The notes under the pieces: generated by a model
The model's database searches: none
The model's input: only the letters and a program-made list of their open reading frames with translations
Told to the model about the DNA's origin: nothing
Assembly: GCA_017654855.1 (NCBI GenBank)
Contig: CM030334.1
Location: forward strand, 3,968,001 to 4,032,000
From: Podospora anserina
Lineage: Eukaryota
Direction of reading: 5' to 3'
Length of the DNA: 64,000 nt
Made by a program: the position numbers and the translations under genes
In this document: positions 12,895 to 25,896 of the stretch, piece after piece
Layout: every line of letters begins with the position of its first letter
Numbering within the stretch: position 1 is the first letter of the stretch

Positions 12895-14370
12895 TTACGA
12901 GGCAGAATTGGGAGTCGGAGTGGGCTGCGCCACGGGGCCGCGACAGGTGGGGAATCTAGCCGCGGTGGAGGGTGATGACGGAGAGATGTTGGGGACATAT
13001 GGGCCCGCGCCGTGGTTTGGCAAGTGCAGCGGTGGCAGACGGGTGGTGGACGCTTTGCTGGGAGTTGGTAAGGAATCATTGTCGATGGTCTTGACGCTGA
13101 CTGTATCACCAACAGGTCCCGAACCAGGAGAATAGTAGCGGTATGGAGGGGAGACCGCGGAGGGGGCAATGGGAGCTGAACTTTTATAAGTCACGCTCGG
13201 GACAGATGACGCCGCCGGTTGCTGGGGTGCCGGTGGTTCGAACCTCTTCCCGTCGGTGCTGAACAAACCCGGGCAGCGGATCTCGATGTTGCCGCCTGTA
13301 TTGATGCGGAACTCGCACGAGAGGTAATCGTAGCCACCAACTCGATTAACGGGCAGGATGAAAGGGATCGGCGCGTCAACCTTGCTGCTCTTCCAAGTCC
13401 ATTTCGTAGGCGTCTCTTCGACCATGTTGTACTTGTGTTGGCGGGCAATGGCCACAATGCAAGGGAACTCCTTCTTATTATCCCACTCGGTGTACTTTGT
13501 TTCCATGATGGGATGGCATTGCTCTGGCAGGTAGGTCCCGGGCACCCACAGTTGATAGCGCTGGATCACGGCGTGCATGAAGTCTCGCTTGTATATGAAA
13601 TTGCGGTCGTTGGCTTCCTCATAAAACCAGTTTCTGAACTGGTTCCAGATTTCCAAGTCCTTCGTGAACCGGTCGTCAAGGTTCTTGTTTTTCACCATGC
13701 GAGCGGTCTCGCTTTTTTCCTCCTTAGCCCACCGAGCAACGGCCCAGTTCCAGACAGCTTGTTGATATCTCTGCGAGGATTTCACCCTGCTCGACTTGGC
13801 GGCCTCTTCAGCGCCCGGTGCGCTCGAGGCAGTCGAGGACGGGGGTGTAACGGATGGACTGCTGGGCTTGATAAATGCCATGGGCAAGTCCACTTGTATA
13901 AAACCGCTCACCAAATCGTGGTCGTACGTCCTGGTTGCCGGTTTGAACGGGGAAGGGAAAGGTATAACATGAGGTCCAAAAGGAATCGGCAATATGACGA
14001 TTTTGTTCTTCTTCTTCTTCCTCCTCTCAAAAGGCACGAGTTCGCCATCCTTGTAGACTTGCTCGTTGATTCTTTCGCGTCGGGGGTTAGGTACCCTCTG
14101 AGGATATGGCGGCCCCGGGAGGACGGCGTCGCGTCTGCCGAGAACAGCCTGGAGGTTTACTTGATGCACTGGCTCAGGGGTCGGTACGGCTGCCGAGGAC
14201 TTGCTCTCGTGGTGCGTGTGTCCCCAGAAGGGAACAAGTTGCCCTGTGATCGCAAAGAAACCAACCCAGCCCAAACAGAGAGCTGCGAGGCAGAGACAAC
14301 ACAATGTCCTACCGGCCCCGCGTCTCCTCTGTGCCCAAGGTGGGGGGTGTTGGGGGTCGTCGGTGTTCAT
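12895..14370 (-). CDS. Hypothetical membrane-anchored protein (about 491 aa)
   Basis: Long ATG-initiated ORF with one N-terminal hydrophobic segment (LCCLCLAALCLGWVGFFAI) after basic residues. Pro/Ser-rich flanks around an aromatic-rich globular core. No recognised family; the 3' end may be spliced. Confidence 0.6.
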   Translation of the reverse strand: MNTDDPQHPPPWAQRRRGAGRTLCCLCLAALCLGWVGFFAITGQLVPFWGHTHHESKSSAAVPTPEPVHQVNLQAVLGRRDAVLPGPPYPQRVPNPRRERINEQVYKDGELVPFERRKKKKNKIVILPIPFGPHVIPFPSPFKPATRTYDHDLVSGFIQVDLPMAFIKPSSPSVTPPSSTASSAPGAEEAAKSSRVKSSQRYQQAVWNWAVARWAKEEKSETARMVKNKNLDDRFTKDLEIWNQFRNWFYEEANDRNFIYKRDFMHAVIQRYQLWVPGTYLPEQCHPIMETKYTEWDNKKEFPCIVAIARQHKYNMVEETPTKWTWKSSKVDAPIPFILPVNRVGGYDYLSCEFRINTGGNIEIRCPGLFSTDGKRFEPPAPQQPAASSVPSVTYKSSAPIAPSAVSPPYRYYSPGSGPVGDTVSVKTIDNDSLPTPSKASTTRLPPLHLPNHGAGPYVPNISPSSPSTAARFPTCRGPVAQPTPTPNSAS

Positions 14371-15130
14371 CGCAAGGTCTGACTTTGTGAAGTCCCGTCA
14401 AACGATTGACGGAAAGTCGTGGGCAGGAAGAGAAAAGACATTTCCCACCGCAAGGGGGAAATGTTGTTCTTCAGTCCGCTTGCTATTGTAGCACGAGGGC
14501 AGTGTTATCATCAGGTCACGGCCCTATCAGCGTTGGTATGCCTCCGGAGTCCGGATTGTAAACCTACCGGATAGAGATCCATCATGGGACATGGTGCGGG
14601 GATGGGCGAGAGGGACTGGTTGAGGACATGGGGCTCAGTTCGTGTGGAGACAAAGTCTGGCCAACTGCTGACTGTTAGCTCCCAGCAGTTCAAGTCGTGG
14701 CGGCGCTCAACACTACCTAGCCGCTTCTCCTTGATATCAAAGGGGCCGGACCTCACGGTATCCACCGTTGTCAACTCCGGCGCCGGGCAACACGTCCAGC
14801 ACAGATACGAAAAGCCACACAGATGGTAAATCTCTGGTAAATTTTCCCACAGTATGTACATCATAAAGTTTCAACGCCAAAACCCAACACACAAGCCCAA
14901 CCAGACCGCTCCGCTGACCGACCTCGTAAAAAGATATGTGATGCAGAAGATATCCAACTTTCTCCAACACGAAAACAACCACATGCAACCTTAAACAACA
15001 CCACCCAGTGATGCAATGGATTTCCCCCATTTGCCCCCCTCATTACCCCCTACACAGCCCGTATCCAGAGCCCCGTCGTCACAAACGATTATCCTTTCCT
15101 CGCTGCACCTCTCAAAGCCTATCCAGCCAT

Positions 15131-16831
15131 TTACCAAGGCTTGACCTTGCGCATGCTGCCCTCCTCCAACAGGGCCTTGTGCATGTCGAAGCTGTTGAAG
15201 AGCAGGTGAGGCTCGTGGCCCATACCCTTACGCAGGCACTCAAACTCGGCCTTCTCGAAGTAAGCCTTGAGGATAGGCTTGTACACATCGTGGGCGCACT
15301 TGTCAATGATCACGCGGGCTCTCTCGCGGGGAGCCAGACCGCGAACGTCGGCAAGACCAGCTTCGGTAACCACAATGTCCAAGTCGTGCTCAGTCTGATC
15401 AATGTGAGTGCACATGGGGACAATGCACGAGACACCGTGGGGGTCCGTCTTGGAGGGACGAGTCGAGGGAGTGTGCATGATGGAGTACTTGGCGTTTCTC
15501 AAGAAATCAGCCGAGCCACCGAGACCGTTGAGCATGCGGGAGCCCATGACGCAGGTCGAGTTGGCGTGAGCGTAAATGTCAACCTCGACGGGGGTGTTCA
15601 TGCCGATGACACCAAGGCGACGGATGATCTCGGGGGAGTTGGACACCTGTTGAGAGCGGAGGAGGAGCTTGTCCTTGTAGGACTCCCAGTTCTTGTAGAA
15701 GCGCTTGAAGCCGTCGGGGGAGAAGCGGACAGAGGTAGCGGTGGCGAAGTCGAGGCGGCCAGAGTCGAAAAGATCAAGGAAGGTATCCTGGATGACCTCG
15801 GTCCACACCTTGAGGTTGCGGAAGTTGGAGTTGTCCAGACCACCAATGACGGCATTGGCTATGTTGCCGATACCGGACTGGAGAGGAAGGAGGTTCTTGG
15901 GAAGACGGCCGTGCTTCACCTCGTGCTCAAAGAATTCAATCAAGTGGCTGGCAATCTGCTGCGAGCCCTCATCGGCAGGGGTGTTGGGGGAGGTCTGATC
16001 CTGGTAGTCGGATTCGACGATACCAACAACCTTCTCGGGGTCGATGGGGATCGAGTTGGTACCAATGCGGTCCTCGACCTGGGTGATCAGGTAGGGCTTG
16101 CGGCGGGGAGGAAGATCGGTCATGGTGATGTCGTGCAGGCCATCGAAGCTCGGGAGCGAGGTGTTGACCTCAATAATGATCTGAAACACAAGATGTCAGT
16201 TCGTTGCTAACCACGCCAGACCTTTACAGATGACTTACCTTGTCAGCCATCTGGATCAGCTCGGGAGTGGCACCGACGGAAGCACCGGGGACGATGCTGC
16301 CATCCTCCTTGATCTCAGAAGCCTCAACAACCGCCACATCGAGCTTGCCATTTGGCTTGTCCTTGGTGTAGTAGCCATATACAAGGTCGACGGGGAACAT
16401 GGACAGATGCTTGTCGAAGAAGTTGATGCGGCCCTCGTTGATGCCCTTGGCGATATCCTTGCCGACCTGGTGAGGAGACCGTCTCTCAATCATGTCGAGG
16501 GCAGCCCAGCGGTTCTCGGTCTCGGCACCGGACGAGGCGCCGACGAAGAGGCTGTACTTGAGCTGTCCCTGGAGGTTGTTCTTCTCGACATGGTCGGCGA
16601 GGAAAACGGGAATCTTCCTGCGCAAGAGGGTCAGTATGGACGGCTAGTGCCCGGCAAAAGAAATTTGACAGAGACATACTTGGGGTAGCCGACACCGGTG
16701 AAGCCAGACCAGCCAATGTAGGAGCCATTGGGGAAGTGGTGCAAGAGGTCTTCGGGCTGGCACAGCTTGTTGAGCATCGACGGGCGATGGACGCGCGCCT
16801 TGAGCGCAGCCGAAGCTACTCTGGACGCCAT
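15131..16831 (-). CDS. ACH1: Acetyl-CoA hydrolase / CoA-transferase (ACH1/acu-8 family)
   Basis: Exons 16831-16680, 16617-16239 and 16180-15131 with GT-AG introns. Motifs '[12 protein letters not shown]', 'FFDKHLSMF', '[10 protein letters not shown]', 'WTEVIQD', 'NGLGGSADF'. Confidence 0.95.
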
Positions 16832-19800
16832 TTTGAGCAGTTGGGCTGTGAGAGAGAGAAAAAAAGACTGAAAACGCCGGGAAAAGAGAGTGGGGCTGCT
16901 CAGAGCGACGAAGCTGTCCGCAATGGCTGGCCGGTCAGGGCAGTTCTGACGTGATGGTGATGAGGCGGGTTGTGGTGAAGGAGGTGGCAGTCGGACACAG
17001 AAAGACGACCGAAGGAAGAAAAGAGAACAGAGAAAAGCCGCAGGAAAATCACCAGAGATGCAGAGCAGAATTAGTTCCCTCGACACAAACTCGCGCAGAC
17101 AGGAGGAGCGGCAGTCTGCCCACTTTAATTACTCTACATCATCAGTTGCCCAACAGGTTCATCCCGGTTCAGGGTCTCCATGCCGTGCTGTCTGGGCGGG
17201 CCGCCGGCGGGCGCGGAAGCCTTCAAAACTCGAGAGCCCCGCATCTCATCCCATTCACCTCTCTCACTTGCCACCTCTCCCCCATCCTTCCAAAACTGCC
17301 ATTGATTTCGTGTTCTGATTGTTGGAAGCAGTGGAGCCGGCTCATTTCTCTCCAGTAATCGAATTGTTCTTTTTCCTCATCTGTTTGCTCAAGACTGCCA
17401 CTTTTGCAAACAGCCCCCCATCTTTTCCTCTAGATCTGCTCGTCTGTGATGTCATCGGGGGAACGGAGGGGGATGACCAATCAGGAAGCAGCAAACGGGC
17501 GCGGCAGGCATTCAGCGCCCAGACACAGCAGCCCAGCACCGGTCTCTGCGGGCGCTTCCGTCTGTCCTTGGGATCCTAGAGCTCCGTTGAGCCGCAGCCA
17601 GGGTATTAAGCTCGGCTATGCCCCGGCTTGACTCAGCGAACAAGCAACCCCCAATGTATTATTCCAGAGGGAATATCCACGATGATATCCGAGACAACCG
17701 CCTGAATACTTCTCCGACCTCTGATTGACTGTCGAGTCCTCGCGCCCACGGCTATTTGCGTCGCCCTCAGCGGAAAGAAGGAGGCCGCTCCCGGCAGTGT
17801 GTTGCGCCAAGCTCAAACCGGCATCGAGCCACGCCATCGTCGAGAGAAGAGCTCCACCCTATGGTGCGGCCCACCGGCCCCCGTGGGCGCACCTGTCGAT
17901 GTGTCCCCAGCGATAGGCGTTGTGCATGGTAGAGACGGTGCGAAGGTGGACAGAAAAGGCATCAAGATGGATCATTTTGATGATGAACAGGGCCACTTCC
18001 CCATGGGCAAGCAAATCTGAAAATCTGGGGTTGAAGACCATTTTATGAACGGTAACCCGGCTGTGCCTGACACCGCTGACCCCCACGACGGGAGCCATGG
18101 ATGCGCTAATTCTGGAAGCTGCCGGAGTCGGGACACCGGGCTTCCAGACTAACTCTCGCCACGAGGGTAGTCGCCGGTCACCGGTGGTTTGGTCTACTTG
18201 GCGGGCCCGTCAACCGGCCATGACGTCTTGCCGGCTGCTCCGGAGCTTTGGGTTGTTCGGAGTGCCGAGAGGCCGGGTTGTACAAGGCGACACCGCCGTG
18301 TGACTGCTATGCTTTACGGCTGCAAAGATTACACATGGATATTGTTTCCCAAGCCTTGGGGCTGTCCTTGCTACATACAGCCATCAATCGAGGAAAGCAT
18401 ATTATGACGCTTACTATCGTGGTGCGCTGAAGGACCTTGCTCCAGTTTGCGATCTGGTCGAGATACCTTATATAGGCTGTTGGTGGTATGGACTTGTTGC
18501 ACATGTTGGTCCATTTGCCCAGGACAATTATCGCTGTTGGGTGAGGGTTACGCCCGAGTCGACAGTATCACCGCGGTCTCTCGTCAAAACAGTGATACCA
18601 ATCGCAGCCCTGCCACCCACCGCCCAACATTCCAGCTTGTCTACGAGGTGTAACATCGCATCCATGTATTCCGTATCGCACCTGGTGGTTGGATCCATCT
18701 ATAGGGCGTTTGTATGCTCGTCTGTTTGGCTACTGTTCGAATCCGAAGTTCAGTGGACGGAGGGTCGATGTATCGCGGGGTAGGAATGGCTCGTTGTCGG
18801 GTTGCGGGCGCAGTGAGGTAGGTAGATCCGAGATAGGGATAGGGACCGGGAGCGATAACGATCATGATGGAGGCACTGGGAGGCTGGAGCGGTCGGAAGT
18901 CGGGAGTTGAGATAGCTCGTTTGGTGGGAGTCGGTGGACGGCACTTGGGCGTGTCAGTCGAGGGAACGTTACATAACGCGTGAAGCAACGCGTCTGATTG
19001 GTCAGACTCGAGGACGGCCTACCCCACACCACCCACAATTTGAACGGTTTTATGCGGCGGGGATTTGGCTCCCGCAATCTTGGCTTCAAAAGAGCGGGGA
19101 GGGACGCCTGAGCATCTGTGCTCTTGCGGCGCTTCCCCGCCACTTCTCGGCTCCTTCCTAAACAGAACGTCCTACCATCGATCAATCATCCAATTGTTCA
19201 ACGTCTTTTGCTCAGCGTTCACAAGCCTTGCCATGTCCATTCGGTCCGGTCTGTGATCCTGCCCTGTCGCTCCCATCTGCGAGCACACGAGCATCATCTA
19301 CCACCATGTGATGCTCTCAAGAGGGACTGATATCTATTCAATGGGGGAGAGATAGACAATCATGACATCCTGGAATGAACCACCTTGACGCCACGGTCTG
19401 CTCATGGCGCGTCGGTACTACCTAGCCTACACATCACAGACCTCTCAGCTCAACACCACAGCCCAGTCATACGTAGCAAGGATGGAAGCTGTTCGTTGCA
19501 GAGCATCTCAGCTGTCCATCAGGCAGTTGCTTCCAGGACTTGGGGATCTACCTACCAGACAGTCCAGAGCATCCTTCTGCAACCACACCGCAAACACAGG
19601 AGCAAAACAGTAGTAGTAGCTGCTCGCACAGAAACAAGCGCTCTTGCAGCGTCGTATCCATTGACACAGCTACACCTGACCTTGCCAACGAAAATTCCAA
19701 GTACCAGCCAGAACTTTTGGTCCCAATCTCAATCTACCTGTCATGGGCCTCTCCCACGGGCGTATTCAAGAATTACTTTAATTCCCTGCGTCCTCCCGGC

Positions 19801-20061
19801 CCCCGCCGTCTTGGTTAATCTTCTGCCGTGTAACACCCTACCTATCACCTACCATCTCCCTCCCTCCCTTGGATCGACAACAATTGTCGATCTTTTCCGA
19901 CTTTTATTTCTTTTTCGCAACCTCTTCTTCCTGAAGATTCATCTTCACGTGTCGCCTCTCCCACGACTGGAACGACCGACCGACCCAAGATTGTGAACGA
20001 TTACTTCTATCGACATTTCAGAACAGAACAAAGTTTGGTTTCCTCGAAATATTGACAACAA

Positions 20062-21683
20062 ATGGCGGAGGAAAAGCAAGAAATCCGGCAGACCGTCGAG
20101 GCACCTGCCGTCCGACCAAGCACACCTACAGGCACCATCCACCGACCTTCGGGATGGATGTACAAAGGTTTCCGTCTGGGCAAGTCGGAAGTGTGGTTCG
20201 CGTCGCCCATCGTCCAGCTCCTGATGGTAGCCATGGTTTGCTTCCTGTGCCCCGGCATGTTCAACGCTCTCACCGGTCTCGGTGCCGCCGGGCAGGTTGA
20301 TCCAGGCGCGCAAAACGACGCCAACACGGCCCTCTATTCCACCTTTGCCGTGGTCGCCTTCTTCTCGGGCACCGTCACCAACATCTTCGGAGTGAAACCA
20401 ACACTGGCTTTTGGGACCCTCGGATACTGCATCTACGCTGCCAGCTTTTTGAGCTACAATCACAACCAGAACCGCGGATTCGTCGTCTTTGCGGGAGCGT
20501 TCCTCGGCATCTGCGCCGGTCTGCTGTGGACCGCCCAGGGAACCATCATGATGAGCTATCCGTCCGAAGACAAGAAGGGGCGGTACATATCCTGGTTCTG
20601 GATCATCTTCAATCTCGGAGCCGTCATCGGGTCGCTGGTGCCGCTCGGCCAAAATATCGATGCGATAGGCGCCACCGCGGTCAACGACGGGACCTACATC
20701 GGCTTCATTGTGCTCATGCTCATCGGCGCTGCTCTCGCCCTTTTGCTCTGCAATGCCAGGAGCGTCATCCGCCACGACGGCAGCAAGGTCATCTTGATGA
20801 AGAACCCCAGCTGGAAGACGGAGATCAAGGGATTGGTCGAGACTATCACCCTGGCACCCTGGGTCATCCTGCTGTTCCCCATGTTTTTCGCCTCCAACAT
20901 CTTCTACACCTATCAGCTCAACGACATGAACCTCCAATTCAACACGCGTGCCCGGACGCTCAACGGTTTGCTGTACTGGACCAGTCAGATCATTGGAGCC
21001 TCCATTTTCGGCTACGCTCTTGATATCACCAGGTTCCGTCGGTCGGTGCGCGCCAAGGCGAGCTTGGTTGTGCTATTCAGCTTGACATTTGTCATTTGGG
21101 GCGGTGGCTGGGCCTGGCAAAAACAGCAAGTCCCTCGAGAAATTCTGGAGGATGAAAGCTTGGAGCATAGAAGAATTGACTGGCAAGATGGTGGAGAGAA
21201 GTACATCGGACCCATGTTTTTGTTCATGTTTTATGGGTTTTACGATGCCGCGTGGCAGACTTGCATTTACTGGTACGTTGATGGGCCCGAAGGACTGTCG
21301 AACATGATGTTGACATTTTGGAAACAGGTATATGGGTGCTCTCAGCAACTCTGGTCGCAAAGCTGCCAATCTCGCTGGTTTCTACAAGGGAATTCAGTCT
21401 GCCGGTGCGGCCGTCTTTTGGCGCTTGGACGGGCTGAAGACACCGTTCAATACCATCTTTGGAGTCACCGTGAGTTCCTCGGCTATCACTTTATCTTGTT
21501 AGTTGTGGCTTGCTGACACGTCGCCTTTAGTGGGGTCTGCTTGCTGCCGCGCTGCTGTTCGCCGCGCCTGTTATCTGGCTCAAGGTGAAAGACACCGTGA
21601 CTGCCGAAGAAGACTTGAAGTTCAGCGATGAGACCATTGCGGACGTTAGGGCTACAACAGACGCCAGCAGGGAGGCTGCGTGA
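20062..21683 (+). CDS. MFS-type membrane protein of the UNC-93/DUF895 family
   Basis: 'VCFLCPGMFNALTGLGAAG', 'GLLWTAQGTIMMSYP', 'FNTRARTLN', multiple TM segments. Two short 3' introns (about 21273-21328 and 21470-21530). Stop TGA at 21681-21683. Confidence 0.88.
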
Positions 21684-22537
21684 GTCGATGTCTTGATGAG
21701 GTGTTTTCTTGTTGATTTGGTGGAAGGGGCGTTGTACTTGGGTACTTCTGGTGTCACCTTTGTGTATGGCAAGGTTATGGCTATTGAAAGGGTGACTGGT
21801 TCCCTTGGCTATTGTGCACTAGAGATACCCATGGGTTTGTTGGGATATATCTTGTTGGCAATGATACCAATACATCTGGATGATTTACCCCTGTCCGTGG
21901 TGCGTGAGGAGAGAACCTTTCGGGCCTCTTCAACTCGAATGATTTCCTTGAAGAACCATCTGTTGATCCTCATTCTGGTCGAGAGCACTGTACTAAACAG
22001 CTTCAACAGTCAGCTGAGGCCCGAGGCACCTTGTTTTGCGACCGCCACGCGCCTTACTGATTATATATCTTCCTGTCATCGAGAAGGTTCAATGGGTGTG
22101 TGACGGAGATGCTCTGCCACACTGTCTCTTGCCGGCCAAGGCAGTCATGGGAAGGGCTGTCCCCAGTTTCGCCTGACACTTTGTCTGACGGGCAACTGCA
22201 CACCGTATCTCGGGCCCGAGACATGCCTTCCGTGATTCGCAAGTTTCGCTCTATTGTTCCCGGCCAGCAAGCTTGTCATGGAAGGTGTTCGCCAGCCTCT
22301 GCGCACGATAAAACTTGGTTACGATTCCGCTGCCAGCTCTTCTCCCTCTTCTCTTCTCTTCTTCATTCACACACAGCATCAGTCAACAAGTTTTCCCAAC
22401 AGAAGAATTCCACATCAAGCATCATTTCATTGTGTCTTTTTTTGTCTTTGGCATTCATTCCCACGACAACGTTGTCTATTTATCTCTGACCGACCACGAT
22501 ACTTACTTCGATCGCAATAGCTATCCACTCAGGGAGA

Positions 22538-23080
22538 ATGTACACCAAAACCACAGTCCTCCTCGCGCTTTTGGCACCCCTTTGCCTCTCCTTTCCCGTG
22601 GACCCTCCAGCAGCAGCCCTCCCGGTCGATTCCACCACAGATTCCCAACCAGCCGCTGCTCCCGAAGCAGCTCCTGTTCCTGTTGTGGCCGTCCCCAATG
22701 CTGCCCCGCCCATTGAAGAGGTCTGGACCATCCAAGGCGCCCGCCGCGTGTGCGAACCTGACAACTCGGAATGCGTCTGGACGTTTACCATCAGCACCAA
22801 CTCTGTCTACGCCCCTGTGCCGTGCATAGTCAAGATCCCCTCTGATCCCGAACGCAAGGTGCCTGCGAACCAGAACAATGCCGAGGGATTGGTTTGTGGG
22901 CCGTATGAAGTGTCGGCGGGGTGGAGTTCGGCGTTTGGGGTTGAGAATGGGTTTACGGTGTTGTATGTGGTGGACATGGAGAGGAAGATGGGGGTGTGGC
23001 CTGCGTATGAGGACAAGAAGGTGGAGAAGGGGGAGGTTGTAGTGCCTGATTTGCGGCTGCCGGTCAAGCATCTGGGGTGA
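22538..23080 (+). CDS. Small secreted protein (180 aa, 4 Cys) of a conserved fungal family
   Basis: Signal peptide and Pro/Ala-rich spacer, then 'WTIQGARRVC...CVWTFTI...C...CGPYEVSAGWS..FG..NGFTVL'. Intronless. Confidence 0.8.
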   Translation: MYTKTTVLLALLAPLCLSFPVDPPAAALPVDSTTDSQPAAAPEAAPVPVVAVPNAAPPIEEVWTIQGARRVCEPDNSECVWTFTISTNSVYAPVPCIVKIPSDPERKVPANQNNAEGLVCGPYEVSAGWSSAFGVENGFTVLYVVDMERKMGVWPAYEDKKVEKGEVVVPDLRLPVKHLG

Positions 23081-23711
23081 GGGGTTTAAAGAAGTTGTAT
23101 GGTAGATTATTTGGTTATGGTGTTGCTCGCCGGTCATTATTTGCTATGAGGAGGGATTGTTGGTATAAGACTAGGATGGGTAGACTCTCGTGAGAAATGA
23201 GGCCATGCGGTCCACATTACGGCATTGTGTTGCACTTGATGCTTGTGATACATTTGGAAAGACAAGCTGAATGGTTGTGTCTTGCATCTCATGGGTGACG
23301 GGAGAGAAACGTGCTTCATGCTGTCAATTCATTAGCCACAATTCAGACAATGGGGCTGTTGAGTGCCGATCCCTCTGTTGCAATTGCAAGCCCAAGCTAC
23401 CGGAAGCGATGCCCTGGTTGTTGCACACTCCCTCCCAGGCATGCATGCAAGCAGCCCCACCAATGCAGGAAGATGGTGGCATCCATTCTTTTTGCCTGTC
23501 CTACCGCGACTCAACCTGAAGCTCCTACAATGCTCCTACTTCTCACCACTTCCATTTTGTCTCGGCCCTGATCTCCCGCGACTCCGCTGTGCGGTCTTTT
23601 CTCCCGTCGACATCACCATCCCTGCCACTGCCAAAGAGTAGACTGTAGCCTTGATGAGCACGAATAAAAAATACAGCATTTTAAAGACCACCATTGCTAA
23701 ATATACAAACA

Positions 23712-25488
23712 ATGACGTCGACCCCCACACCCACCTCGAGCTGGTTCAGCAAGGGCGCCGAGAGCCGTCAAGAACAGAGCAGAGACACCATGGGTAACAG
23801 CAAAAGCCCGCTGATGAGGCGGTCAAGATGGCGCAGGTCGAGCTCCAAGGTTTCAGGGGAGGATATCCTTGCGCTGCAGGATCTGGATCCGGCCCTGAAC
23901 TCGAAGATGCATTTGGTCAATGACGTGGGTTCGAGTGGCAGAGGATGTCGGAAGGACGCTGATCAGGTGGGTAGGCTATCGATGATATTGGTTGGACGCC
24001 ATACCATACGAAGCTGTTTTTCCTCAACGGGTTTGGGTACGTCATCTTTTGCCCTTGCTGAGGAGTCATGGGCAGAGTGTAGCTGACAATAACGGGCCAG
24101 ATACGCAGTCGATTCCTTGGTCCTCCTCCTCCAGTCTGTCATTGCCGGCCCGGCCTACCGAGAATTTGGAAACCGAGGTTACCAAGAAGGCCTGACGGTC
24201 GCGGTGTACTCTGGCATGTTGATAGGGGCACTGTTCTGGGGTTTTGGCGCAGATATTGTTGGACGGCGATACGCATTCAACCTATCTCTCCTGATCTGCT
24301 CGCTTTCGGCCATCATTGCGGGAGGAATGCCAAGTTGGGCTTCGCTGGGATTTTTTGTGTCACTGATTGGGTTTGGTGGCGGAGGGAACTTGGTTTTGGA
24401 CACCACTGTGTTTCTGGAGTATCTCCCTGGCAGTAAACAATGGGTGTTGACAATGATGGCGGCGTGGTGGGGACTGGGCCAGGCCATCACAGGTCTCATT
24501 GCTTGGGGCTTTCTGGGTACATATTCCTGCAATGATCGAAGACAATGATGCTAATCTTTTGCTATCAGTCCCGACGAGATGGAATTGCGCCTCGGTCGAT
24601 ACATGCACCATGGCCAACAATATGGGCTGGAGATATGTCATGTTCACAAGCGGCGCCCTAGTATTGGTGCTGTCGATTCTCCGATTGACAATTATTCGCC
24701 TGAAGGAGACACCAAAGTACCTCCTGGGCGCTGGGGAAGATGCCAAGGTCGTCGAGACATTGCAGTATCTTGCAGGGAAGTACAACCGGCCCTGCAGTCT
24801 GACACTGAACCAGCTAGGGGCCTGTGGTCTGGTCACTGGCACTCACAGCAAGAACCGCTTCTCAATCGGGGAAACCATGGTCCATCTCAGAGGCTTGTTT
24901 GCCACACACATGATTGCTGTCTCGACAGTGATGATATGGCTGTCCTGGGCAATGGTGGGTCTTGCATACCCCCTGTTTTACGTCTTTCTCCCAAGCTATC
25001 TCGAGGCTCGCGGAGCCAAGCTGGACCTGTCCCAGTTTGAGATTTGGCGCAACTATGCTCTCACCAACTTTAGCTCCATCTTTGGTCCCTTGCTCGCCGG
25101 CTGGCTGTGCAACCTTTCCTTTCTCGGTCGGCGATATACCATGCTCATCGGAGGGCTCATGACAGCGGGCTTTTTTGTTGGGTACACGCAGGTGCGAACG
25201 GCGGCCCAGGATGTCGGAATCTCCTGCGCCATTGCTTTCAGTCTCAATGTTTACTATGGGACGCTGTATGCATACACGCCAGAAGTGCTTCCCAGTGCAC
25301 ACAGGGCCACGGGCAACGGGATTGCGGTGGCATGCAACCGGATCATGGGCATACTGTCGGCCGTCATTGCCACCGTCGCGGATACTTCGACGGTTGTGCC
25401 CATTTATATCTGTGTCGGTCTCTTGGCGGTGATGGGTGTGGTGGCTGCTTTGTTTCCTTTTGAGCCTTATGGGCGGAGGAGTTCTTGA
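23712..25488 (+). CDS. MFS transporter (SV2/sugar-porter-like)
   Basis: Four exons with three short introns. Motifs 'GALFWGFGADIVGRR', 'GGGGNLVLDTTVFLEYLP', 'LKETPKYL', 'YAYTPEVLPSAHRATGNG'. Confidence 0.88.
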
Positions 25489-25896
25489 CGCTACAAGCAA
25501 GCAAAAGATTTATTAGAATGAAGATTACATTAATCATGGAAATTATGGAGGTAGTTCCCGGTCCGTAGTTTTGTGATACGATCGTAGGCTGCTGTCGGTT
25601 AATAAAGGTTGGAACATACCGATCTATAGACTGAGCTCACAACATATGCATGAGAGTCGAAGACAAAGATAGGTACGACACACCAAGTATCGCTACAAAA
25701 ACCCTGCAAAATACGGTAATGTCTAAGCCGCTAATAACAGTGACATCACCCTAACAGTAGGCAGATTGCAGTCACTCTAACCATCCTTAGAGTAAAACCC
25801 CCCAGTTCAAACTGCTAGCCGCGTCCACAAGTCACCATTTCAAGTGGCTATGTGTAAAGAGATACCTAGTTGTGCATGCTCCCGTCATTGAACCTT

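Noticed and set aside
15008-16210. 400-aa antisense ORF over ACH1 (similar ones over GH131, DPP4, the MFS genes and 13219-14382)
   Set aside because: Shadow ORFs caused by strong C/G third-position codon bias on the coding strand.
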